The notes under the pieces: generated by a model
Told to the model about the DNA's origin: nothing
The model's input: only the letters and a program-made list of their open reading frames with translations
Databases searched by the model: none
Shown: positions 35,264-49,800 of the stretch, one piece after another
Layout of the letters: each line of letters starts with the position of its first letter
Position numbering within the stretch: the stretch's first letter is position 1
Assembly: GCF_006345805.1 (NCBI RefSeq)
Contig: NW_021834331.1
Coordinates: 1 to 49,800 of the forward strand
DNA length: 49,800 nucleotides
Direction of reading: 5' to 3'
From: Octopus sinensis
Lineage: Eukaryota
Translations under genes and position numbers: made by a program

Positions 35264-38017
35264 TCTTTATATATATATAAAACTGAGAATGTGTGTCTGT
35301 CTGTCTGTGTGTTTCCCTAAAACTTGAGAACTACACAACCAATTTCATTCAAATTTTACACATGCCTTACTTAGGGTCCGGGGAGTGTCATCGCCAAAAT
35401 TTTAAAAACTTTTTGCCTAGGGCGAGCCCACCGCAATATCATATCTTCTCCACTACGATTCCCTAAAACTTGAGAATTACACAACCAATTTCATTCAAAT
35501 TTTACACATGCATTACTTAGAGTCTATGTAGTTTCATGGGCAAAAAATGTTCAACTTCTTGCCTAGAGCGAGCCCATAGCAATATTATATCTTCTCCACT
35601 ATTTCAGTATTACGTGTTAAAAGTGAAACAAAAACATTTCTCTATTTTATGTCAGATTCTTTCACTTTAACAATAAAAATAATAATAACAATTGAATTAT
35701 ATGTAGTAAGTAATAATTAAAATCAAACTAAAGTATAATATAATCGTAACATAACAAAAGTAAAAATAGCAATTGGTATAAAATTGCATCAATGACTTGA
35801 ACTTGAATAAATGGTTTCACATGAATGGGAATAAATTAAAAATAAAATTAGCGTGCAGAAATGGAATAGTACAGATGGATAATAAAAAATTAAATTAAAG
35901 AAAAGACTATTGTCTATAAAGTATACAATGTAGAGAAAAAAGATTTGAACACATGGAGGAAAGCACCTTCGAAAAGTGTCTTGGTACGATTATGAAAGAT
36001 ATCTAATCAGAGGCGGTAAATTCGCCTTCGAGTCAACGGAGCTTGCAAGGGAGTACTCGACTCGAACTTGCAAAGTGGAAATATTTTATTTTTACCTTTA
36101 TATCTGGGACGTAGGACGTCCCGGAAAAAAATTTAAAAATATCCCACCCCGCAGAAGTAGAGGTAGGCTGGATTGTAGCCACACTTCTATACAAGAGGGA
36201 GGACAAGATACAATTGATCGAAATTACAAGAGACGGGCTAACAATTCCAGTCTGTTATATATTTTGAGTATTGTTATCACTAGCGATATCAAGATATAAC
36301 TTTGTATTTTGTACTTTGTGTAGATGTATATATATATAGATGTACATGTAATATGTACACATATATCTACACATATATACATGCACTAGCACTATGACCC
36401 GGCAACGACGGGTCTTTAATGTTAGTATATATATAAAGCTGAAGTTGTCTGTGTGTGTGGTAGGTTTTGTAGCCTTCAACTAACAGTATCTCCTCCGAGA
36501 CCCTGCGGTGCAAGTTCACCAAAATTGAGAGTATGTTAGAAGAAGGCTTGCTCTTCATTCCGTAGAAGAAAAAAATCCAAATCGGACTATGTTAAGACCA
36601 AAAATTATTTACATAAAAAAGGTGCTTTTTCCCTATGAAAATCACTATTTTTTAACGATTTTTTGACTGCTGTGTGGCCATTTTTCGGTGTATTTCAATC
36701 AGAAAAATATTCACTTAAAGAGAATAACTAGCTACATAATGCAAAAGTTTTACTTTTCAAAAATTCCAATTCTAAAGGGTCGAAAATAATTTTTTGTGAT
36801 GTCATTGGTTTTGAGCGAACGACGGATCAGCTGATCCAATGTAGAGGAGTAATGTTCGCTACGTGAATGCACTAATTTTCAAGGTCGTCAACTGCTACAG
36901 CATGTTTGATTGAAATGGGTTCAACTTATACTAATAAATTATAAGTATACTTATCTTTTCTAGAACATATGTGAAACGTCCTTGAATGACCAACGCTAAA
37001 TCAGTGTCCTTGTAATACTGTGCATAAAGGTATTTTGTACATGATTAATATTCTCCATCATTGGAGCTGCGGTCTTCTGTTCGGTATCTTGGGCAACAAA
37101 AGTAGGAGTAACGTTTGTGCTTCGTTCATTATTCTGATGAAGTTCACGCTGAACTCGAAACACTTGCTTAGATTAGCTTATGCTGAGCATCGTTCTCAGC
37201 AGCTCTTGCAGCTCGTGCGGATGTAGCTTTTCGGTGAAGACGAAGTCTACGCCGTTTATTTTTGTCTGCAGATTGTACATCTGCATTATTCGCTGCTGTT
37301 CCTTCGTTCTGATGTCGAACATTTTCGTTAATCAGCGCAGCCTGTGGGAATGCAGTTGCTGAGGCATAACGGCTACCTTGAATCATCGATGTCTCGTCAT
37401 CATTCTCAGTTGAATGAGAAGATGCAATGGTAACGGCGTTTCTTTTTTGTCGGTTTAAGTGATTCTTATTTGTGGGTATGGCAGTCGTAGTAGTTGTGCG
37501 ATCTGCATGCTGTTACTATCTACGATGTTCAAGTCAAACCTTCACTGGTTATGTTATACGTGATGTAAAATAGTCGATTTTATTCATTTTACAGGTACGA
37601 CCACGATTCATGTTGCCCACCCGTTTGGCTTCAAAATAACATATTTTTTTTGTAAACACAAACTGTTCATTCTAAGGTTTTGGATTTTCCTGTACTTTTT
37701 CTTAATGAATACTGTTGCAGCGTTAAATTCTTAATAGATTTTCTGTGCAGTTCGAAACTTGAGCTTCATTTTGCTTTAAATCTACGGGTAATTTTTTTCT
37801 CCATAATGTTAATAGAAGGAATGTTAACCAACAATACCAACAACTGAAGTCGGCATTACACATTTGCAGCACATTCAGAGCAAACTCGAGCATCGCCACA
37901 CTATACTTTTATTCATAGATTCAAACTATGTAAAAATCTTGTTAATGCGACATCAAAGTCTGCCGTTTTAAGCGCAACTAAAAAACAAACCCGAGCAACG
38001 CCGGGCTATCCTGCTAG
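35264..38017 (+). mobile_element. Composite of two tandem non-autonomous Helitron-like units
   Basis: 5' a|TCTTTATATATATATAAAA at 35264 and a ~147-bp tandem duplication at 35314-35600. An internal hairpin at 36396-36414 is followed by a second TATATATAAAGCTG start. The 3' end is CCCGAGCAACGCCGGG then CTAG|T at 38014-38017. Confidence 0.7.
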
Positions 38018-38079
<62 letters not shown>

Positions 38080-38169
38080 TATATATAAAATGTATAGGAA
38101 TGTGAGTGTAATTGTCTTATAGTCATTGTATTCATTTATAACATATAGATATATGTGTCATATGATTGT

Positions 38170-38254
<85 letters not shown>

Positions 38255-38299
38255 CATAGTTGAAATTTGCAGAAAAATAATAGACGAAGGCAGGTATAT

Positions 38300-39595
38300 A
38301 AACAACAAGCAGGTGTATTAGTTTGGCACTCGGGAAGATGAGAAAGTCTTTTACGTTTCGAGCCTACGCTCTTCAACGGAGCGGAACACAAGGTAATAAA
38401 CAGTGAGAGAATAAAAAACTTGTGGAGTTAGCAGTCAATCATGGCGACTGGTTGGACAAAGGTAGTTAGACCGGAGAGCTAGGAAGAAAGGGAGATAGTA
38501 AAGTACTGGTGATCCCAAAACGAAGGTGCGTAGCGTGTGTGTATTGAGAGTGTGAAAGTTTGCGCGTTTAGACAAGGGCTGGTGACTTTGAGATGTGTGT
38601 GCGTCTGTAATATGTGGGTGTGTGAATGATAATGTGGGTGCTGGGAAGTGGTCAGTGCTAGTATGTGGGGAGGGGTATGGGGTGGTGTGATGTGGTGTGG
38701 CGGTGTTGGGGTGTTGAGCTGTGTGGGTGTGGGTGTGCGAGTGAGGATATGGGTGTGGGGTGAGGATATGAGGATAGGGGTGGGGTATATGAAGTGGGAG
38801 ATGTGGGTGTGGATTAAGGAGAGTATCAATGAAGGGAGGTGAGTAGGAGTGAAGAGAGAAAGTAGGTGTCAGGGCAAGAGAAGAGAGGTGAGGTGGGTAG
38901 GAGTGAAGAGAGAAAGTAGGTGTCAGGGCAAGAGAAGAGAGGTGAGGTGGGTAGGAGTGAAGAGAGGAAGCAGGTGTCAGATGAAGAGAGGAGAAGAGGT
39001 GAGAGGAGTTGAGACCATATGGCGCAAAGGAGCGAAGAGAAAAGATTAATTCTTGTTCACGGCGAAGGCAGGAGTCCGGATGGTCCTTGTGCAAAGACAA
39101 TCCAAACACAGTCAGGTGTTGTAGTGAATGACCGGTAGAGCGGAAATGGCGCGAGACCGGGGTGTCATTGCTGAGTCTAATGCTCCACGAACCGGTCAGT
39201 TAAGCGGCGTCCCATTTGACCAATGTACAGAGCAGGAGATGCAGTAAATGATGTTGCTAGAAGTGCAGGTAAAGGAATCAGTGATATGATAGGGACGATA
39301 ATGGGTGCATGTGAGAATGGTGGTGTTGGAGAGGTAGGGGTAAATGCGGCAGCATGGGCGGGAGCAGGGGAACGAGCCAGGTTGGGAGGTGGGGTTAGGG
39401 AAGAAATTGTGGACTAAGAGGTCACGTAGGTTGTGGGCTCGTTTGAAGGAGAAAAGGGGTGGGTTGGGGAACATGTGCAAAGTGAAGGGGTCGAACTGGA
39501 GTCGCCTGAAGGCTCGGAGAATGGTGCATTGGAGGGGCAGAGTGGAGGGGTGGTAGGTGAGGGGAAACGGTTGACGGGCAACGGCAGAGTGGGTG

Positions 39596-39660
<65 letters not shown>

Positions 39661-40515
39661 AGTTGAGGTGCAGTCAACTGAACGTGCTCTAACAAGGGTG
39701 GTGTGGATAGTGGTGACAGGATATCTACGAAGGATGAAGTGGCGAGCCATGAATTGAGACTGAATCTTAAGGTCATGGTTGTCGCTGCAGAGCCTGCGCA
39801 GTCGGGGGAATTGGGAGTAAGGGATGGAGAGCTTGATGTGTTTAGGGTGGGAGAAGAAGAAGTTGAGGTATGAGTGTGAGTCGGTGTGTTTGTAGTGGAT
39901 GGAGGTAGTGAAAGCGGAGTTGTGTATGTTGACCGAAATGCCGAGAAAGGCGACGGAGTATCGGAAATGGTGCAGGAGAATTCGAGGTCAGCATGGAAGG
40001 ATTGGGAAAAAGAGAGGAAGGAGGCTAATTGTTCGCGGGAGAGCGAGGTCGCACCGATTCAGTCATCAATATAACGACCGTATTGTGAATCTTGAAAATA
40101 TCTGGGCTTCAACGTAGCCAACGAACAGGTTCGCATAGTTGGGCCCATTCTCGTTCCCATAGCCACTCCCGAGAATTGTTGGTAAAACTCCCCCACGAAT
40201 GAGAAGTAGTTGAGGGAGAGAACAAGTTCGGCCAGACGAACAAGTGTGGAGGTGTCAGGTTGAAGGTTGGGTAGAAGGTCTAGGAAGTGTCTGAGGGCAA
40301 GAAGTCATTCATTGTGTGGAATCACCATATATAGACTCTTGATATCAAGAGTGAATAGAAGTTGAGAGGGGCCAGGAGGAAAGGAGAAAGAGTTGAAAAG
40401 ATGAAGAGCATGGTTAGTGTCGTGGATGTGTGAGGGGGGGGGGAGCTACTAGGGGCACGGTCGAGGTATTTCGAGATCAGTTCCATGGGACAGTTATAGG
40501 CGGAGACAATGGGCC
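38300..40515 (-). mobile_element. Penelope-like element (RT and GIY-YIG), GC-richer lineage, with (CT)n insertion
   Basis: PIVSAYNCPMELISKYLD, GPNYANLFVGYVEAQIF, FTCTSSNIIYCISC and LRREQELIFSLRSFAPYGLN, with many frameshifts. Confidence 0.9.
38843..39000. repeat. 54-bp tandem repeat, about 2.7 units
   Basis: Units start at 38843, 38897 and 38951 (GTAGGAGTGAAGAGAG...). Confidence 0.9.
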
Positions 40516-40860
40516 ATAGATGTAACATATAAAAAAGATATCGCAGAAATGAATTAATATGTAGAAAACTAATATTTGAAAAAAAAAAATCGTGAATATT
40601 TTACCAACGTTATTTTTTTGTAAAAAAAAAAGAAAAAATTGGGTTCCTGTTACTGCAATTTCTGCTTATAAGCGGAAATACCCTCTCCTCGTCCTCGTCT
40701 ACTGCATAGGAGTTCGCTCCTTCGGTGGTAAGATAATAATAGTTATCATATTGATGGTGACAACGAGGACGACGATGATAATGATGATGACGATGGTGAT
40801 GATGTGGGAGCAACACAATACTTTTTCTATTATTGAATAAGTAAACCGCATTTCATTCAA
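40515..40860. repeat. Second copy of the unclassified repeat at 6800-7850
   Basis: Same shared blocks as listed for 6800-7850. Confidence 0.6.
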
Positions 40861-41132
40861 GGGAAGTAAATCCACGGTATTGCGTCTTCTGCCATGGGAG
40901 GTAACTCTTCATATTTTCTGTCAAATTTCCCCTTTGCTTCTGTTTCTATCTAGAATTACTCTGTGTATGTGTGTCTGCATGCAAATCGAAACCGTGTGTA
41001 ACGACTGAGAAACGTTTTAAATTTTATTAATTAAAAACTAAACTTTTTTCCCTGTACATTTACTCACTGCACCAAATTATACAATATTTCTCGACGACTG
41101 CAAGATATCTGTAACATTCTTCTACCAAAATA

Positions 41133-42511
41133 CAGGCATACCTTCGTTAATTGGTTCCAGGAGACACGACTTAAGTCGAATTAACTTGTCTCTAGGCTAA
41201 ACCTACAATAACCATTCCCAGTTCAGTACTTTATTTATGAATGCATTTTCATTAATACATGGTTAATAAAAGCCTATTTTAAGCTTACAAATAAATAATT
41301 TTTATTTTTTTCATACAGTACAGTAAAAAAAATGTAATCTAAATTTGCGAATACAATTTGACGGTGTTTACCGTACATCGCGGACGCTTTATTTATGAAT
41401 GCGGTGTGCAATAAGACATGGTAAAATAAAAGCCTTTTTTAAGCTTAAAAAAACGAATTCAGTAATTATTATTTTGCAATAGTAAAAAAAAAATTAAATT
41501 ATTTAAAATTTACCAATACTTATATAAAATTTGGTGGTTTACATCGCCGATGTAGATGGTTGTGGATCGTCGACATCAACAGCTGACTCTGGCTGTTCTA
41601 GTTCGATGCGCTTAAAAATTCGGTTGAGAGTTCCTTGAACTGTCTTTTTATTTTCAAGCCTCCATAATCTTGGAAAGGCGTTGAACATTTGGATCCATAC
41701 CCTTGAACATAGAAAGACCTTTTTTCGATATATGCAAATGCTTGCTGCATTTTCTTAATAGTAAAGTGATGTGGCTCAGGTTCGACTTCCTCTACTTCTT
41801 TATTTTACTGCTCGTGGAACTCTATCAAATCCTCGTTCGTCAGGGGCTGCTTGTCTTATTCAGATGAATCTGTGATATCCTCCTCCTCCAAATCCATTTT
41901 CAGTTCTTTGCTTGTAGTACCAACGTTTTGTTCACGGCAACATTATCGACCTCTTTAAAATCATTCACGAATTGCGGGCATAGCTTCTTCCATACACCAT
42001 TCAAAGCCGTGCTCTGTACATAATTCCAAGCTGCTGCTATGTTCTGTACAGCCTTGTAGATATCGTTTCCCTTCCAAAAGTCACGAAGTGTGAAGGACTC
42101 ATCGAGATCAGTTGCAGCTATTGCTTGCCGCAGCGTACGCTTCATATAGTAACGCTTGAAGATAGCAATTATTCCCTGATCCATTGGCTGCAGAAGAGAC
42201 GTGCTTTTCGGAGGGAGGTATACGACGATAACTTTGGGGTCAAAATCTACGATATTTTGCGGGTGGCCAGGAGCATTATCTAAGATAAGTAAAATCTTAA
42301 AAGGAAGCCCTTTCTTCTTACAGTGCTTCTCTGCTGCTGGAATGAAATGATTGAAGAACCAATCTTCAAATACAACAACAGTAACCCATGGTTTTGAATT
42401 AGCCATCCATATAACAGGGAGAGATGCCTTGGGTATGTTCTTCAGGGCACAGGAGTTGTGTGCATGATACACAAGCAATGACTTTACTTTGTATTTTGTC
42501 CCCTCTGTGAC
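41133..42511 (-). mobile_element. Tigger/pogo DNA transposon, 5'-truncated, with DDE_1 transposase remnant
   Basis: TA|CAGGCATACCTTCG terminal repeat at 41133. Translation shows WMANSKPWVT, FEDWF, LLILDNAPGHP, LPPKSTSLLQPMDQGII and GVWKKLCP. Confidence 0.9.
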
Positions 42512-46609
<4,098 letters not shown>

Positions 46610-46812
46610 ACAAGCAAAGTAGTTAGAAATTCTCTGTGAGATGAAAGTAGTAACTATACTGAGAAGTAATGTTTATCGCCACATCAATGTGGCTGTTCCG
46701 TTTTTAACCTAGGGGGAGCCTCCTCCAGATGGTTATCGATCCAGTCTGCACCCAACATATATTGCAAGCAGGTGAGCGAACCCCAACCATCTTATAGCAG
46801 ATGACGGGATCG

Positions 46813-46855
46813 CCAGACCATACGGCTTCGAGCTATTTGTGCCCATCCTCAGTAG
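46813..46855 (-). ncRNA. Degenerate hammerhead-like motif
   Basis: CUA-CUGAGGA-U-GGGC-ACAAAUA-GCUC-GAAGC-CGUAUG-GUC-UGG. It has GAAG instead of GAAA and a 3-bp stem I. Confidence 0.4.
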
Positions 46856-46914
46856 TGGACACCCGTCCGCTAGAGGTAGCAGTAATTCGCTCCAGCGAAT
46901 GGATGGGGTCTCTA

Positions 46915-47060
46915 CTGCGATGAATGTTACAAATAACTTGGAGTCATGAGAAATATTGTATAAGTTGGTGCGGTGAGTAAATATAGAGTGAGAAAGTTTT
47001 ACTTCAGCAGACTTTGGAAGATATGGAAGCCAGAGATGTCTGCCTTCAATTAAACTATAT
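46915..47060 (+). pseudogene. Short PLE GIY-YIG-region fragment
   Basis: GATGAATGTTACAAATAACTT.GAGTC matches the PLE remnant at ~13647-13675. Confidence 0.5.
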
Positions 47061-47084
47061 CTCACAATGCTTCTGCAGTGTCAG

Positions 47085-47290
47085 TGCTAGTACCAATATG
47101 TGGAATATCATACTGGACACTTGAAGAAATTCACAAGTTGGACATCAGGTCTAGAAAGACACTAACAATGACTTAACTTCTACTCCAACAGTAACACTGA
47201 CAGGATCTATGTTGAATGGCAGGATGGAGGTAGAAATACAAGATCAGTCCAGATCGCATTTGGGTGCCAAATCGTGTCACTTAGAACAGT
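47085..47290 (+). pseudogene. R4/Dong/NeSL-type (RLE) LINE RT-thumb fragment
   Basis: GISYWTLEEIHKLDIRSRKTLTM..NF..NSNTDRIYVEWQDGGR fits WTxxELxxLDxKTRKxLT...DRLYxxRxxGGRG. Confidence 0.65.
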
Positions 47291-47399
47291 TAAGCGACAA
47301 TAATATTACGCCACACGCAACCTCCTGATACCTATATTGCATTGAACATAACATAACATGAATGGGCTTTCTTTAATCCTTCTCAACGAGGAAATATTT

Positions 47400-47670
47400 C
47401 CATATCAGATTATTTCTTTATAGTTGTAGTTCTCAGCTGCCTCTGTCGAGAATTTCGTCTTAAAAGCTTGGTATGTTTGTTGCTTATTTTGTATGATGAT
47501 TGTCAGGGAATCGTCATCTGTCTATGACCAGAGGATCGTTCCAATCACATCATGCAATCTAATTGATTTGATCGAGTGCAGCACCAACCGTTTTCAAACA
47601 CTGTCACAAAATTCTTTTTGTAGATTGTTTGAGCACGTGTTGAGGTGGGTGTGGTTCTGGAACCATAAAT
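47400..47670 (-). pseudogene. Possible MULE-type transposase fragment
   Basis: Weak impression from broken frames (H-rich motif, then F..EIL.RA.E...KEII). Not secure. Confidence 0.25.
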
Positions 47671-47716
47671 GTAAAAGTGAGAGACAGATCCCCCCATACA
47701 AAGAAAGACACATATT

Positions 47717-47754
<38 letters not shown>

Positions 47755-47843
47755 TATATATATATATATATATATAATATATATATATATATATCTATAT
47801 GTATATATATATTAATCAAAATAAAACATGATGTCAAGGATTC

Positions 47844-47923
47844 AGCGGTACATATGTTTCGGGCCTTTATTAGACGGATTTATAACAATGCATAATGTGT
47901 GTCTATGGCCTTCTTCAGCCGCC
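47844..47923 (-). ncRNA. Type-I hammerhead ribozyme with long stem II
   Basis: GGCGG-CUGAAGA-A-GGCC-AUAGAC...GUCUAAUAAA-GGCC-C-GAAAC-AUAU-GUA-CCGCU. Canonical core, 5-bp stem I and a perfect palindrome ACAUAUGU. Confidence 0.75.
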
Positions 47924-49009
47924 CACAATTACTACTTCAAGGACATGTATTACATCAAAAATTCTACGTTGGGGATGCAAATCCTCTCAGTCGCGTACGA
48001 CATAATGCGGTAGCAGCACAAAAATGAAGCGTCCATCCCGTCCTTCTCTCAATGTAGAATGAGGAAGTTTGGCTGTTGAGGTAATATAAATAAATGAATA
48101 AATAAATATATAAATACACACAGACGTGAAGGAACCTGGTAATAAGAGTAAATAGGGATAAAGATAGAGGGGCGAGAATTAAGGACGAAAGATTAAAAAA
48201 TATAAAAATATAAAAGATAAAAGAATATAGATATAGAAATATAAAATATAAAAATATAAAGAAATATATAAAAAAGTATAAATGAATATAAAGATATAAA
48301 AAAATATTAAAAAGTATCAAAAATATAAAAGGATATAAGAATATACAAATATAAAAGAATATAAGGATAAGGGATATAAAGTTGTTACGGACTAACATGG
48401 TGGTCAGGAAGATGACATATTCTGGTTGTAGAAGCCTAAGCGGTGGGTGTCATAAATCAACTGGGACGTCTGGGGACCCAGTGTATTGTAGATTAGGGTT
48501 GTCTGGTTTGTGGTTAAACCGCTTATCTATTTCCTCGTGAATTGTCTAGTGGTCAACATGTACATACGTACACGTATGGATACATATACACATATACACG
48601 CGTACATATACGCACGCATACACAACCACACACATACAAGCATACATACGTACTCTCGTGTAAAAATATACAGATACATACGGGAAAAGACGCATGTAGT
48701 TGGGTACACAAACAGACGCGCATACGTACGTATATACATACACGCACATGCGCACATACAGGCACACTCGCATGTGCGTGTGTATGTGTGTGCTGTTTAC
48801 TTAGACGCAGCAAATGAATTTAGGTCAAATGCTGGGATTTCATTGGTTAAAATTCGAAGAATTAAACTACGTAAAAGTTACAAAATACAATTTTCTCAAA
48901 AAATCTAGTTGAAATTAATGTTTTCTTTTGACACATTCTACCAGTATACGAAGTTTCAAATTGTTTAGTTAACTAGAAAATTCTGTCCATCTTTTAGAAA
49001 AGATCCACT

Positions 49010-49049
49010 ACTACTACTGCTGCTGCTGCTGCTGCTACTACTACTACTA

Positions 49050-49087
<38 letters not shown>
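49010..49087. repeat. (TAC)n/(TGC)n trinucleotide repeats
   Basis: Direct reading. Confidence 0.95.
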
Positions 49088-49099
49088 AACATAACATGA

Positions 49100-49425
49100 T
49101 TAAGAAATAGAGTTACACCGAGTCATTGGAAGGAGGGGTCTATGTGTGGTTTTACGACATGCTAGAAAGAAGCAGTCAAATCTGTCTTCAGTCTTGAAAA
49201 CAAAACGAAGTAAAGATTGTAGGATGTAGTCCTAGGCACATTGTTGTCTGAGCAAGACGGAGGTGAAATGGCTTTGAAGGTAGAACTGCTCAATCAGAGC
49301 TGACCTGAGGCTAAACAACAACAGTAACAGCAACAGATGCAGCAATAGTAGCAGCAACAGCAGTAGCGGTAACAAGTGCAGTTGTTACAACAGAAACAAC
49401 AACAACAACAACAACAACAAGAGAG
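49100..49425 (+). mobile_element. Probable retroposon 3' fragment with (CAA)n-type tail; related piece at ~49550-49640
   Basis: GCTAGAAA..GCA...AAT and ATGTAGTCCT.G recur at both places. It ends GAGCTGACCTGAGGCTAAACAACAAC. Confidence 0.4.
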
Positions 49426-49800
49426 ACAACAGTAGCTCTTACAACAACAACCTCGTTAGTAGACTGTCCAATGATATAGAATCAATTAGAAAAGCCACCG
49501 CAACAAGAGTGAGAAATAAATATTCTACAAATCTTCGGAATTGCTTAGCCTGCTAGAAATAGCAACCGAATTTCTCTAAAATTCCAATTTCCGACATTAT
49601 AGCAGAAAGACATTAAAAAATGTAGTCCTGGATGCAGCATGGTGACAGCAACTTTTTTTGTAATAAATAGATCTCGAAGGTATCGTTGGCTGTCTGTGAA
49701 ACATAGACAAAATTGATGTTTCTAGTTATGGGCTTTTGACCGAGAGTGAACAAATGAATTCGCAAAGAAACACACACCACGTGAACACATCACGTGAACA

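Noticed and set aside
37134-37172. CUGAUGA-AGUUCA-CGC-UGAACU-C-GAAAC hammerhead look-alike
   Set aside because: Stem III and stem I do not pair convincingly and it lacks the cassette tail. It lies in coding-like sequence of the opposite strand, so it is probably chance.
38843-39000. Regularly spaced repeats as a possible CRISPR array
   Set aside because: They are contiguous 54-bp tandem units without unique spacers, in eukaryotic retroelement context.
47964-48398. 144-aa hydrophobic ORF resembling a membrane protein
   Set aside because: It is a translation of an A-rich low-complexity tract.

Overview
This is AT-rich eukaryotic DNA made almost entirely of microsatellites and transposable elements. 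The repeat content resembles a cephalopod (octopus-type) genome; that is an inference. I found no convincing host gene, tRNA, rRNA or CRISPR array. Elements present: several copies of one tRNA-headed SINE; an internally deleted Gypsy LTR element (4420-6676); a Helitron RepHel remnant interrupted by a mariner (7.8-11.2 kb) and further non-autonomous Helitron-like elements; a CR1-like LINE fragment (17.75-19.37 kb); a near full-length RTE LINE with three C-terminal C2H2-type fingers (25.4-29.6 kb, minus); a Tigger/pogo remnant; a young Tx1-clade LINE ORF2 flanked by (TATC)n (42.67-46.6 kb); and at least six Penelope-like element (PLE) remnants. The main pattern not explained by the ORF track is a dense set of type-I hammerhead ribozyme (HHR) motifs folded by eye. 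Five have canonical CUGANGA and GAAAC cores, two have a single core substitution, and several are degenerate. Many have a long stem II and a palindromic minimal stem III. Four sit in divergent inverted repeats, and in three of these one arm is complete and the other crippled. A second pattern is a 3' stem-loop with compensatory base changes shared by the SINE, the CR1-like LINE and a 60-bp tail-only insertion. All structures were folded and aligned by eye; no database searches were run.
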